A stretch of DNA of 64,000 bases from Auanema rhodensis (Eukaryota > Animalia > Nematoda). The DNA lies in assembly GCA_964057225.1 (NCBI GenBank), contig OZ059894.1, positions 22,940,001 to 23,004,000 of the forward strand, written 5' to 3'. A program made the position numbers and the translations under genes. Position 1 is the first letter of the stretch; each line of letters begins with the position of its first letter. Positions 41,001 to 55,700 of this stretch are shown piece by piece. The notes under the pieces are model-generated. The model was not told the DNA's origin and did no database searches. It worked only from the letters and a program-made list of their open reading frames with translations.

Positions 41001-44000
41001 CGCTTGATACAAAAATTAGTTATGATCGTTTGAAAAATGATGCATTAGTGTATGTTGAGTTTCCATGTACACTCAACATTGCTTCCAAAAACATTTTGAC
41101 AAAAATTTTTTCGAAAAATTTCAAAAGAATTTAGCAAAAAGTAGATGTTTTTAGATTCCATTTTTCAAGGCAAAGACGATAGACAATGTTATTTAACGAA
41201 AAAATTAATTCTTTAGGGTGAAAATCGAGGATATAAGTGCGAACTTATATCAGTTGATATCTCGGTGCATTTTTAAGCTAGCGCAAATCTGATCACACAG
41301 ATCGACGCAGCTTAAAAATCCGCATCGAATGCACTATACTACATTGAGAAACGCTTAATACACAAATTAGTTATGATCGTTTGAAAAATGATGCATTAGT
41401 GTATGTTGAGTTTCCATGTACACTCAACATTGCTTCCAAAAACATTTTGACAAAAATTTTTTCGAAAAATTTCAAAAGAATTTAGCAAAAAGTAGATGTT
41501 TTTAGATTCCATTTTTCAAGGCAAAGACGATAGACAATGTTATTTAACGAAAAAATTAATTCTTTAGGGTGAAAATCGAGGATATAAGTGTGAACTTATA
41601 TCAGTTGATATCTCGGTGCATTTTTAAGCTAGCGCAAATCTGATAACACAGATCGACGCAGCTTAAAAATCCGCATCGAATGCACTCTACTACATTGAGA
41701 AACGCTTAATACAAAAATTAGTTATGATCGTTTGAAAAATGATGCATTAGTGTATGTTGAGTTTCCATGTACACTCAATATTGCTTCCAAAAACATTTTG
41801 ACAAAAATTTTTTCGAGAAATTTCAAAATAATTTAGCAAAAAGTAGATGTTTTTAGATTCCTTTTTTCAAGGCAAAGACGATGGACAATGTTATTCAACG
41901 AAAAAATTATTTCTTCAGGGTGAAAATCGAGGATATAAGTGTGAACTTATATCAGTTGATATCTCGGTGCATTTTTAAGCTAGCGCAAATCTGATAACAC
42001 AGATCCACGCAGCTTAAAAATCCGCATCGAATGCACTATACTACATTGAGAAACGCTTGATACAAAAATTAGTTATGATCGTTTGAAAAATGATGCATTA
42101 GTGTATGTTGAGTTTCCATGTACACTCAACATTGCTTCCAAAAACATTTTGACAAAAATTTTTTCGAGAAATTTCAAAATAATTTAGCAAAAAGTAGATG
42201 TTTTTAGATTCCTTTTTTCAAGGCAAAGACGATGGACAATGTTATTCAACAAAAAAATTATTTCTTCAGGGTGAAAATCGAGGATATAAGTGTGAACTTA
42301 TATCAGTTGATATCTCGGTGCATTTTTAAGCTAGCGCAAATCTGATAACACAGATCGACGCAGCTTAAAAATCCGCATCGAATGCACTATACTACATTGA
42401 GAAACGCTTGATACAAAAATTAGTTATGATCGTTTGAAAAATGATGCATTAGTGTATGTTGAGTTTCCATGTACACTCAACATTGCTTCCAAAAACATTT
42501 TGACAAAAATTTTTTCGAAAAATTTCAAAATAATTTAGCAAAAAGTAGATGTTTTTAGATTCCTTTTTTCAAGGCAAAGACGATGGACAATGTTATTCAA
42601 CGAAAAAATTATTTCTTCAGGGTGAAAATCGAGGATATAAGTGTGAACTTATATCAGTTGATATCTCGGTGCATTTTTATGCTAGCGCAAATCTGATAAC
42701 ACAGATCGACGCAGCTTAAAAATCCGCATCGAATGCACTATACTACATTGAGAAACGCTTAATACAAAAATTAGTTATGATCGTTTGAAAAATGATGCAT
42801 TAGTGTATGTTGAGTTTCCATGTACACTCAATATTGCTTCCAAAAACATTTTGACAAAAATTTTTTCGAGAAATTTCAAAATAATTTAGCAAAAAGTAGA
42901 TGTTTTTAGATTCCTTTTTTCAAGGCAAAGACGATGGACAATGTTATTCAACGAAAAAATTATTTCTTCAGGGTGAAAATCGAGGATATAAGTGTGAACT
43001 TATATCAGTTGATATCTCGGTGCATTTTTAAGCTAGCGCAAATCTGATAACACAGATCCACGCAGCTTAAAAATCCGCATCGAATGCACTATACTACATT
43101 GAGAAACGCTTGATACAAAAATTAGTTATGATCGTTTGAAAAATGATGCATTAGTGTATGTTGAGTTTCCATGTACACTCAACATTGCTTCCAAAAACAT
43201 TTTGACAAAAATTTTTTCGAAAAATTTCAAAAGAATTTAGCAAAAAGTAGATGTTTTTAGATTCCATTTTTCAAGGCAAAGACGATAGACAATGTTATTT
43301 AACGAAAAAATTAATTCTTTAGGGTGAAAATCGAGGATATAAGTGTGAACTTATATCAGTTGATATCTCGGTGCATTTTTAAGCTAGCGCAAATCTGATC
43401 ACACAGATCGACGCAGCTTAAAAATCCGCATCGAATGCACTATACTACATTGAGAAACGTTTAATACACAAATTAGTTATGATCGTTTGAAAAATGATGC
43501 ATTAGTGTATGTTGAGTTTCCATGTACACTCAATATTGCTTCCAAAAACATTTTGACAAAAATTTTTTCGAAAAATTTCAAAAGAATTTAGCAAAAAGTA
43601 GATGTTTTTAGATTCCTTTTTTCAAGGCAAAGACGATGGACAATGTTATTCAACAAAAAAATTATTTCTTCAGGGTGAAAATCGAGGATATAAGTGTGAA
43701 CTTATATCAGTTGATATCTCGGTGCATTTTTAAGCTAGCGCAAATCTGATAACACAGATCGACGCAGCTTAAAAATCCGCATCGAATGCACTATACTACA
43801 TTGAGAAACGCTTGATACAAAAATTAGTTATGATCGTTTGAAAAATGATGCATTAGTGTATGTTGAGTTTCCATGTACACTCAACATTGCTTCCAAAAAC
43901 ATTTTGACAAAAATTTTTTCGAAAAATTTCAAAAGAATTTAGCAAAAAGTAGATGTTTTTAGATTCCATTTTTCAAGGCAAAGACGATAGACAATGTTAT

Positions 44001-47000
44001 TTAACGAAAAAATTAATTCTTCAGGGTGAAAATCGAGGATATAAGTTTAAACTTATATCAGTTGATATCTCGGTGCATTTTTATGCTAGCGCAAATCTGA
44101 TAACACAGATCGACGCAGCTTAAAAATCCGCATCGAATGCAGTATACTACATTGAGAAACGCTTGATACAAAAATTAGTTATGATCGTTTGAAAAATGAT
44201 GCATTAGTGTATGTTGAGTTTCCATGTACACTCAACATTGCTTCCAAAAACATTTTGACAAAAATTTTTTCGAAAAATTTCAAAATAATTTAGCAAAAAG
44301 TAGATGTTTTTCGATTCCTTTTTCAAGGCAAAGACGATGGACAATGTTATTCAACGAAAAAATTAATTCTTCAGGGTGAAAATCGAGGATATAAGTGTGA
44401 ACTTATATCAGTTGATATCTCGGTGCATTTTTAAGCTAGCGCAAATCTGATAACACAGATCGACGCAGCTTAAAAATCCGCATCGAATGCACTCTACTAC
44501 ATTGAGAAACGCTTAATACAAAAATTAGTTATGATCGTTTGAAAAATGATGCATTAGTGTATGTTGAGTTTCCATGTACACTCAATATTGCTTCCAAAAA
44601 CATTTTGACAAAAATTTTTTCGAGAAATTTCAAAATAATTTAGCAAAAAGTAGATGTTTTTAGATTCCTTTTTTCAAGGCAAAGACGATGGACAATGTTA
44701 TTCAACGAAAAAATTATTTCTTCAGGGTGAAAATCGAGGATATAAGTGTGAACTTATATCAGTTGATATCTCGGTGCATTTTTAAGCTAGCGCAAATCTG
44801 ATAACACAGATCCACGCAGCTTAAAAATCCGCATCGAATGCACTATACTACATTGAGAAACGCTTGATACAAAAATTAGTTATGATCGTTTGAAAAATGA
44901 TGCATTAGTGTATGTTGAGTTTCCATGTACACTCAACATTGCTTCCAAAAACATTTTGACAAAAATTTTTTCGAAAAATTTCAAAAGAATTTAGCAAAAA
45001 GTAGATGTTTTTAGATTCCATTTTTCAAGGCAAAGACGATAGACAATGTTATTTAACGAAAAAATTAATTCTTTAGGGTGAAAATCGAGGATATAAGTGT
45101 GAACTTATATCAGTTGATATCTCGGTGCATTTTTAAGCTAGCGCAAATCTGATCACACAGATCGACGCAGCTTAAAAATCCGCATCGAATGCACTATACT
45201 ACATTGAGAAACGTTTAATACACAAATTAGTTATGATCGTTTGAAAAATGATGCATTAGTGTATGTTGAGTTTCCATGTACACTCAATATTGCTTCCAAA
45301 AACATTTTGACAAAAATTTTTTCGAAAAATTTCAAAAGAATTTAGCAAAAAGTAGATGTTTTTAGATTCCTTTTTTCAAGGCAAAGACGATGGACAATGT
45401 TATTCAACAAAAAAATTATTTCTTCAGGGTGAAAATCGAGGATATAAGTGTGAACTTATATCAGTTGATATCTCGGTGCATTTTTAAGCTAGCGCAAATC
45501 TGATAACACAGATCGACGCAGCTTAAAAATCCGCATCGAATGCACTATACTACATTGAGAAACGCTTGATACAAAAATTAGTTATGATCGTTTGAAAAAT
45601 GATGCATTAGTGTATGTTGAGTTTCCATGTACACTCAACATTGCTTCCAAAAACATTTTGACAAAAATTTTTTCGAAAAATTTCAAAAGAATTTAGCAAA
45701 AAGTAGATGTTTTTAGATTCCATTTTTCAAGGCAAAGACGATAGACAATGTTATTTAACGAAAAAATTAATTCTTCAGGGTGAAAATCGAGGATATAAGT
45801 TTAAACTTATATCAGTTGATATCTCGGTGCATTTTTAAGCTAGCGCAAATCTGATAACACAGATCGACGCAGCTTAAAAATCCGCATCGAATGCACTATA
45901 CTACATTGAGAAACGCTTAATACACAAATTAGTTATGATCGTTTGAAAAATGATGCATTAGTGTATGTTGAGTTTCCATGTACACTCAATATTGCTTCCA
46001 AAAACATTTTGACAAAAATTTTTTCGAAAAATTTCAAAAGAATTTAGCAAAAAGTAGATGTTTTTAGATTCCATTTTTCAAGGCAAAGACGATAGACAAT
46101 GTTATTTAACGAAAAAATTAATTCTTTAGGGTGAAAATCGAGGATATAAGTGTGAACTTATATCAGTTGATATCTCGGTGCATTTTTAAGCTAGCGCAAA
46201 TCTGATCACACAGATCGACGCAGCTTAAAAATCCGCATCGAATGCACTATACTACATTGAGAAACGCTTAATACACAAATTAGTTATGATCGTTTGAAAA
46301 ATGATGCATTAGTGTATGTTGAGTTTCCATGTACACTCAATATTGCTTCCAAAAACATTTTGACAAAAATTTTTTCGAGAAATTTCAAAATAATTTAGCA
46401 AAAAGTAGATGTTTTCAGATTCCTTTTTTCAAGGCAAAGACGATGGACAATGTTATTCAACAAAAAAATTATTTCTTCAGGGTGAAAATCGAGGATATAA
46501 GTGTGAACTTATATCAGTTGATATCTCGGTGCATTTTTAAGCTAGCGCAAATCTGATAACACAGATCGACGCAGCTTAAAAATCCGCATCGAATGCACTA
46601 TACTACATTGAGAAACGCTTGATACAAAAATTAGTTATGATCGTTTGAAAAATGATGCATTAGTGTATGTTGAGTTTCCATGTACACTCAACATTGCTTC
46701 CAAAAACATTTTGACAAAAATTTTTTCGAAAAATTTCAAAAGAATTTAGCAAAAAGTAGATGTTTTAAGATTCCATTTTTCAAGGCAAAGACGATAGACA
46801 ATGTTATTTAACGAAAAAATTAATTCTTCAGGGTGAAAATCGAGGATATAAGTGTGAACTTATATCAGTTGATATCTCGGTGCATTTTTAAGCTAGCGCA
46901 AATCTGATAACACAGATCGACGCAGCTTAAAAATCCGCATCGAATGCACTATACTACATTGAGAAACGCTTGATACAAAAATTAGTTATGATCGTTTGAA

Positions 47001-47600
47001 AAATGATGCATTAGTGTATGTTGAGTTTCCATGTACACTCAACATTGCTTCCAAAAACATTTTGACAAAAATTTTTTCGAAAAATTTCAAAAGAATTTAG
47101 CAAAAAGTAGATGTTTTTAGATTCCATTTTTCAAGGCAAAGACGATAGACAATGTTATTTAACGAAAAAATTAATTCTTTAGGGTGAAAATCGAGGATAT
47201 AAGTGCGAACTTATATCAGTTGATATCTCGGTGCATTTTTAAGCTAGCGCAAATCTGATCACACAGATCGACGCAGCTTAAAAATCCGCATCGAATGCAC
47301 TATACTACATTGAGAAACGCTTAATACACAAATTAGTTATGATCGTTTGAAAAATGATGCATTAGTGTATGTTGAGTTTCCATGTACACTCAACATTGCT
47401 TCCAAAAACATTTTGACAAAAATTTTTTCGAAAAATTTCAAAAGAATTTAGCAAAAAGTAGATGTTTTTAGATTCCATTTTTCAAGGCAAAGACGATAGA
47501 CAATGTTATTTAACGAAAAAATTAATTCTTTAGGGTGAAAATCGAGGATATAAGTGTGAACTTATATCAGTTGATATCTCGGTGCATTTTTAAGCTAGCG
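38100..47600 (+). repeat. ~10-monomer block duplicated at a 17-monomer offset (5966 bp): ~38100-41630 and ~44070-47600
   Basis: The ordered markers TTTTATGCTAG, TTTTTCGATT, GATCCACG, AAGTTTAAAC, TTTTCAGA, TTTTAAGA and AAGTGCGAAC recur at +5966. The identical ORFs at 40363 and 46329 have the same offset. Confidence 0.88.
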
Positions 47601-50600
47601 CAAATCTGATCACACAGATCGACGCAGCTTAAAAATCCGCATCGAATGCACTATACTACATTGAGAAACGTTTAATACACAAATTAGTTATGATCGTTTG
47701 AAAAATGATGCATTAGTGTATGTTGAGTTTCCATGTACACTCAATATTGCTTCCAAAAACATTTTGACAAAAATTTTTTCGAAAAATTTCAAAATAATTT
47801 AGCAAAAAGTAGATGTTTTTAGATTCCATTTTTCAAGGCAAAGACGATAGACAATGTTATTTAACGAAAAAATTAATTCTTTAGGGTGAAAATCGAGGAT
47901 ATAAGTGTGAACTTATATCAGTTGATATCTCGGTGCATTTTTAAGCTAGCGCAAATCTGATAACACAGATCGACGCAGCTTAAAAATCCGCATCGAATGC
48001 ACTATACTACATTGAGAAACGCTTGATACAAAAATTAGTTATGATCGTTTGAAAAATGATGCATTAGTGTATGTTGAGTTTCCATGTACACTCAACATTG
48101 CTTCCAAAAACATTTTGACAAAAATTTTTTCGAAAAATTTCAAAAGAATTTAGCAAAAAGTAGATGTTTTTAGATTCCATTTTTCAAGGCAAAGACGATA
48201 GACAATGTTATTTAACGAAAAAATTAATTCTTCAGGGTGAAAATCGAGGATATAAGTGTGAACTTATATCAGTTGATATCTCGGTGCATTTTTAAGCTAG
48301 CGCAAATCTGATAACACAGATCGACGCAGCTTAAAAATCCGCATCGAATGCACTTTACTACATTGAGAAACGCTTAATACAAAAATTAGTTATGATCGTT
48401 TGAAAAATGATGCATTAGTGTATGTTGAGTTTCCATGTACACTCAATATTGCTTCCAAAAACATTTTGACAAAAATTTTTTCGAAAAATTTCAAAATAAT
48501 TTAGCAAAAAGTAGATGTTTTTAGATTCCATTTTTCAAGGCAAAGACGATGGACAATGTTATTTAACGAAAAAATTATTTCTTCAGGGTGAAAATCGAGG
48601 ATATAAGTGTGAACATATATCAGTTGATATCTCGGTGCATTTTTAAGCTAGCGCAAATCTGATAACACAGATCGACGCAGCTTAAAAATCCGCATCGAAT
48701 GCACTCTATTACATTGAGAAACGCTTAATACAAAAATTAGTTATGATCGTTTGAAAAATGATGCATTAGTGTATGTTGAGTTTCCATGTACACTCAATAT
48801 TGCTTCCAAAAACATTTTGACAAAAATTTTTTCGAAAAATTTCAAAATAATTTAGCAAAAAGTAGATGTTTTTAGATTCCTTTTTTCAAGGCAAAGACGA
48901 TGGACAATGTTATTCAACGAAAAAATTATTTCTTCAGGGTGAAAATCGAGGATATAAGTGTGAACTTATATCAGTTGATATCTCGGTGCATTTTCAAGCT
49001 AGCGCAAATCTGATAACACAGATCGACGCAGCTTAAAAATCCGCATCGAATGCACTATACTACATTGAGAAACGCTTGATACAAAAATTAGTTATGATCG
49101 TTTGAAAAATGATGCATTAGTGTATGTTGAGTTTCCATGTACAATCAACATTGCTTCCAAAAACATTTTGACAAAAATTTTTTCGAAAAATTTCAAAATA
49201 ATTTAGCAAAAAGTAGATGTTTTTAGATTCCATTTTTCAAGGCAAAGACGATAGACAATGTTATTCAACGAAAAAATTAATTCTTTAGGGTGAAAATCGA
49301 GGATATAAGTGTGAACTTATATCAGTTGATATCTCGGTGCATTTTTAAGCTAGCGCAAATCTGATCAAACAGATCGACGCAGCTTAAAAATCCGCATCGA
49401 ATGCACTATACTACATTGAGAAACGCTTAATACACAAATTAGTTATGATCGTTTGAAAAATGATGCATTAGTGTATGTTGAGTTTCCATGTACACTCAAT
49501 ATTGCTTCCAAAAACATTTTGACAAAAATTTTTTCGAAAAATTTCAAAAGAATTTAGCAAAAAGTAGATGTTTTTAGATTCCATTTTTCAAGGCAAAGAC
49601 GATAGACAATGTTATTCAACGAAAAAATTATTTCTTCAGGGTGAAAATCGAGGATATAAGTGTGAACTTATATCAGTTGATATCTCGGTGCATTTTTAAG
49701 CTAGCGCAAATCTGATAACACAGATCGACGCAGCTTAAAAATCCGCATCGAATGCACTATACTACATTGAGAAACGCTTGATACAAAAATTAGTTATGAT
49801 CGTTTGAAAAATGATGCATTAGTGTATGTTGAGTTTCCATGTACACTCAACATTGCTTCCAAAAACATTTTGACAAAAATTTTTTCGAAAAATTTCAAAA
49901 TAATTTAGCAAAAAGTAGATGTTTTTCGATTCCTTTTTCAAGGCAAAGACGATGGACAATGTTATTCAACGAAAAAATTAATTCTTCAGGGTGAAAATCG
50001 AGGATATAAGTGTGAACTTATATCAGTTGATATCTCGGTGCATTTTTAAGCTAGCGCAAATCTGATAACACAGATCGACGCAGCTTAAAAATCCGCATCG
50101 AATGAACTCTACTACATTGAGAAACGCTTAATACAAAAATTAGTTATGATCGTTTGAAAAATGATGCATTAGTGTATGTTGAGTTTCCATGTACACTCAA
50201 TATTGCTTCCAAAAACATTTTGACAAAAATTTTTTCGAGAAATTTCAAAATAATTTAGCAAAAAGTAGATGTTTTTAGATTCCTTTTTTCAAGGCAAAGA
50301 CGATGGACAATGTTATTCAACGAAAAAATTAATTCTTCAGGGTGAAAATCGAGGATATAAGTGTGAACTTATATCAGTTGATATCTCGGTGCATTTTTAA
50401 GCTAGCGCAAATCTGATAACACAGATCGACGCAGCTTAAAAATCCGCATCGAATGCACTCTACTACATTGAGAAACGCTTAATACAAAAATTAGTTATGA
50501 TCGTTTGAAAAATGATGCATTAGTGTATGTTGAGTTTCCATGTACACTCAATATTGCTTCCAAAAACATTTTGACAAAAATTTTTTCGAAAAATTTCAAA

Positions 50601-53600
50601 AGAATTTAGCAAAAAGTAGATGTTTTTAGATTCCATTTTTCAAGGCAAAGACGATAGACAATGTTATTTAACGAAAAAATTAATTCTTTAGGGTGAAAAT
50701 CGAGGATATAAGTGTGAACTTATATCAGTTGATATCTCGGTGCATTTTTAAGCTAGCGCAAATCTGATCACACAGATCGACGCAGCTTAAAAATCCGCAT
50801 CGAATGCACTATACTACATTGAGAAACGCTTGATACACAAATTAGTTATGATCGTTTGAAAAATGATGCATTAGTGTATGTTGAGTTTCCATGTACACTC
50901 AACATTGCTTCCAAAAACATTTTGACAAAAATTTTTTCGAAAAATTTCAAAAGAATTTAGCAAAAAGTAGATGTTTTTAGATTCCATTTTTCAAGGCAAA
51001 GACGATAGACAATGTTATTTAACGAAAAAATTAATTCTTTAGGGTGAAAATCGAGGATATAAGTGCGAACTTATATCAGTTGATATCTCGGTGCATTTTT
51101 AAGCTAGCGCAAATCTGATCACACAGATCGACGCAGCTTAAAAATCCGCATCGAATGCACTATACTACATTGAGAAACGCTTAATACACAAATTAGTTAT
51201 GATCGTTTGAAAAATGATGCATTAGTGTATGTTGAGTTTCCATGTACACTCAACATTGCTTCCAAAAACATTTTGACAAAAATTTTTTCGAAAAATTTCA
51301 AAAGAATTTAGCAAAAAGTAGATGTTTTTAGATTCCATTTTTCAAGGCAAAGACGATAGACAATGTTATTTAACGAAAAAATTAATTCTTTAGGGTGAAA
51401 ATCGAGGATATAAGTGTGAACTTATATCAGTTGATATCTCGGTGCATTTTTAAGCTAGCGCAAATCTGATCACACAGATCGACGCAGCTTAAAAATCCGC
51501 ATCGAATGCACTATACTACATTGAGAAACGTTTAATACACAAATTAGTTATGATCGTTTGAAAAATGATGCATTAGTGTATGTTGAGTTTCCATGTACAC
51601 TCAATATTGCTTCCAAAAACATTTTGACAAAAATTTTTTCGAAAAATTTCAAAATAATTTAGCAAAAAGTAGATGTTTTTAGATTCCATTTTTCAAAGCA
51701 AAGACGATAGACAATGTTATTTAACGAAAAAATTAATTCTTTAGGGTGAAAATCGAGGATATAAGTGTGAACTTATATCAGTTGATATCTCGGTGCATTT
51801 TTAAGCTAGCGCAAATCTGATCACACAGATCGACGCAGCTTAAAAATCCGCATCGAATGCACTATACTACATTGAGAAACGCTTGATACACAAATTAGTT
51901 ATGATCGTTTGAAAAATGATGCATTAGTGTATGTTGAGTTTCCATGTACACTCAACATTGCTTCCAAAAACATTTTGACAAAAATTTTTTCGAAAAATTT
52001 CAAAAGAATTTAGCAAAAAGTAGATGTTTTTAGATTCCATTTTTCAAGGCAAAGACGATAGACAATGTTATTTAACGAAAAAATTAATTCTTTAGGGTGA
52101 AAATCGAGGATATAAGTGCGAACTTATATCAGTTGATATCTCGGTGCATTTTTAAGCTAGCGCAAATCTGATCACACAGATCGACGCAGCTTAAAAATCC
52201 GCATCGAATGCACTATACTACATTGAGAAACGCTTAATACACAAATTAGTTATGATCGTTTGAAAAATGATGCATTAGTGTATGTTGAGTTTCCATGTAC
52301 ACTCAACATTGCTTCCAAAAACATTTTGACAAAAATTTTTTCGAAAAATTTCAAAAGAATTTAGCAAAAAGTAGATGTTTTTAGATTCCATTTTTCAAGG
52401 CAAAGACGATAGACAATGTTATTTAACGAAAAAATTAATTCTTTAGGGTGAAAATCGAGGATATAAGTGTGAACTTATATCAGTTGATATCTCGGTGCAT
52501 TTTTAAGCTAGCGCAAATCTGATCACACAGATCGACGCAGCTTAAAAATCCGCATCGAATGCACTATACTACATTGAGAAACGTTTAATACACAAATTAG
52601 TTATGATCGTTTGAAAAATGATGCATTAGTGTATGTTGAGTTTCCATGTACACTCAATATTGCTTCCAAAAACATTTTGACAAAAATTTTTTCGAAAAAT
52701 TTCAAAATAATTTAGCAAAAAGTAGATGTTTTTAGATTCCATTTTTCAAAGCAAAGACGATAGACAATGTTATTTAACGAAAAAATTAATTCTTTAGGGT
52801 GAAAATCGAGGATATAAGTGTGAACTTATATCAGTTGATATCTCGGTGCATTTTTAAGCTAGCGCAAATCTGATAACACAGATCGACGCAGCTTAAAAAT
52901 CCGCATCGAATGCACTATACTACATTGAGAAACGCTTGATACAAAAATTAGTTATGATCGTTTGAAAAATGATGCATTAGTGTATGTTGAGTTTCCATGT
53001 ACACTCAACATTGCTTCCAAAAACATTTTGACAAAAATTTTTTCGAAAAATTTCAAAAGAATTTAGCAAAAAGTAGATGTTTTTAGATTCCATTTTTCAA
53101 GGCAAAGACGATAGACAATGTTATTTAACGAAAAAATTAATTCTTCAGGGTGAAAATCGAGGATATAAGTGTGAACTTATATCAGTTGATATCTCGGTGC
53201 ATTTTTAAGCTAGCGCAAATCTGATAACACAGATCGACGCAGCTTAAAAATCCGCATCGAATGCACTTTACTACATTGAGAAACGCTTAATACAAAAATT
53301 AGTTATGATCGTTTGAAAAATGATGCATTAGTGTATGTTGAGTTTCCATGTACACTCAATATTGCTTCCAAAAACATTTTGACAAAAATTTTTTCGAAAA
53401 ATTTCAAAATAATTTAGCAAAAAGTAGATGTTTTTAGATTCCATTTTTCAAGGCAAAGACGATGGACAATGTTATTTAACGAAAAAATTATTTCTTCAGG
53501 GTGAAAATCGAGGATATAAGTGTGAACATATATCAGTTGATATCTCGGTGCATTTTTAAGCTAGCGCAAATCTGATAACACAGATCGACGCAGCTTAAAA

Positions 53601-55700
53601 ATCCGCATCGAATGCACTCTATTACATTGAGAAACGCTTAATACAAAAATTAGTTATGATCGTTTGAAAAATGATGCATTAGTGTATGTTGAGTTTCCAT
53701 GTACACTCAATATTGCTTCCAAAAACATTTTGACAAAAATTTTTTCGAAAAATTTCAAAATAATTTAGCAAAAAGTAGATGTTTTTAGATTCCTTTTTTC
53801 AAGGCAAAGACGATGGACAATGTTATTCAACGAAAAAATTATTTCTTCAGGGTGAAAATCGAGGATATAAGTGTGAACTTATATCAGTTGATATCTCGGT
53901 GCATTTTCAAGCTAGCGCAAATCTGATAACACAGATCGACGCAGCTTAAAAATCCGCATCGAATGCACTATACTACATTGAGAAACGCTTGATACAAAAA
54001 TTAGTTATGATCGTTTGAAAAATGATGCATTAGTGTATGTTGAGTTTCCATGTACAATCAACATTGCTTCCAAAAACATTTTGACAAAAATTTTTTCGAA
54101 AAATTTCAAAATAATTTAGCAAAAAGTAGATGTTTTTAGATTCCATTTTTCAAGGCAAAGACGATAGACAATGTTATTCAACGAAAAAATTAATTCTTTA
54201 GGGTGAAAATCGAGGATATAAGTGTGAACTTATATCAGTTGATATCTCGGTGCATTTTTAAGCTAGCGCAAATCTGATCAAACAGATCGACGCAGCTTAA
54301 AAATCCGCATCGAATGCACTATACTACATTGAGAAACGCTTAATACACAAATTAGTTATGATCGTTTGAAAAATGATGCATTAGTGTATGTTGAGTTTCC
54401 ATGTACACTCAATATTGCTTCCAAAAACATTTTGACAAAAATTTTTTCGAAAAATTTCAAAAGAATTTAGCAAAAAGTAGATGTTTTTAGATTCCATTTT
54501 TCAAGGCAAAGACGATAGACAATGTTATTCAACGAAAAAATTATTTCTTCAGGGTGAAAATCGAGGATATAAGTGTGAACTTATATCAGTTGATATCTCG
54601 GTGCATTTTTAAGCTAGCGCAAATCTGATAACACAGATCGACGCAGCTTAAAAATCCGCATCGAATGCACTATACTACATTGAGAAACGCTTGATACAAA
54701 AATTAGTTATGATCGTTTGAAAAATGATGCATTAGTGTATGTTGAGTTTCCATGTACACTCAACATTGCTTCCAAAAACATTTTGACAAAAATTTTTTCG
54801 AAAAATTTCAAAATAATTTAGCAAAAAGTAGATGTTTTTCGATTCCTTTTTCAAGGCAAAGACGATGGACAATGTTATTCAACGAAAAAATTAATTCTTC
54901 AGGGTGAAAATCGAGGATATAAGTGTGAACTTATATCAGTTGATATCTCGGTGCATTTTTAAGCTAGCGCAAATCTGATAACACAGATCGACGCAGCTTA
55001 AAAATCCGCATCGAATGAACTCTACTACATTGAGAAACGCTTAATACAAAAATTAGTTATGATCGTTTGAAAAATGATGCATTAGTGTATGTTGAGTTTC
55101 CATGTACACTCAATATTGCTTCCAAAAACATTTTGACAAAAATTTTTTCGAGAAATTTCAAAATAATTTAGCAAAAAGTAGATGTTTTTAGATTCCTTTT
55201 TTCAAGGCAAAGACGATGGACAATGTTATTCAACGAAAAAATTAATTCTTCAGGGTGAAAATCGAGGATATAAGTGTGAACTTATATCAGTTGATATCTC
55301 GGTGCATTTTTAAGCTAGCGCAAATCTGATAACACAGATCGACGCAGCTTAAAAATCCGCATCGAATGCACTCTACTACATTGAGAAACGCTTAATACAA
55401 AAATTAGTTATGATCGTTTGAAAAATGATGCATTAGTGTATGTTGAGTTTCCATGTACACTCAATATTGCTTCCAAAAACATTTTGACAAAAATTTTTTC
55501 GAAAAATTTCAAAAGAATTTAGCAAAAAGTAGATGTTTTTAGATTCCATTTTTCAAGGCAAAGACGATAGACAATGTTATTTAACGAAAAAATTAATTCT
55601 TTAGGGTGAAAATCGAGGATATAAGTGTGAACTTATATCAGTTGATATCTCGGTGCATTTTTAAGCTAGCGCAAATCTGATCACACAGATCGACGCAGCT
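47000..55700 (+). repeat. ~11-monomer block duplicated at a 14-monomer offset (4913 bp): ~47000-50800 and ~51900-55700
   Basis: Rare variants GAACATATAT, CATTTTCAAG, TACAATCAAC, GATCAAAC and AATGAACTCT recur at +4913 (e.g. ~48611 and ~53524, ~50101 and ~55014). The intervening three monomers (~50850-51900) duplicate ~51900-52950. Confidence 0.9.
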
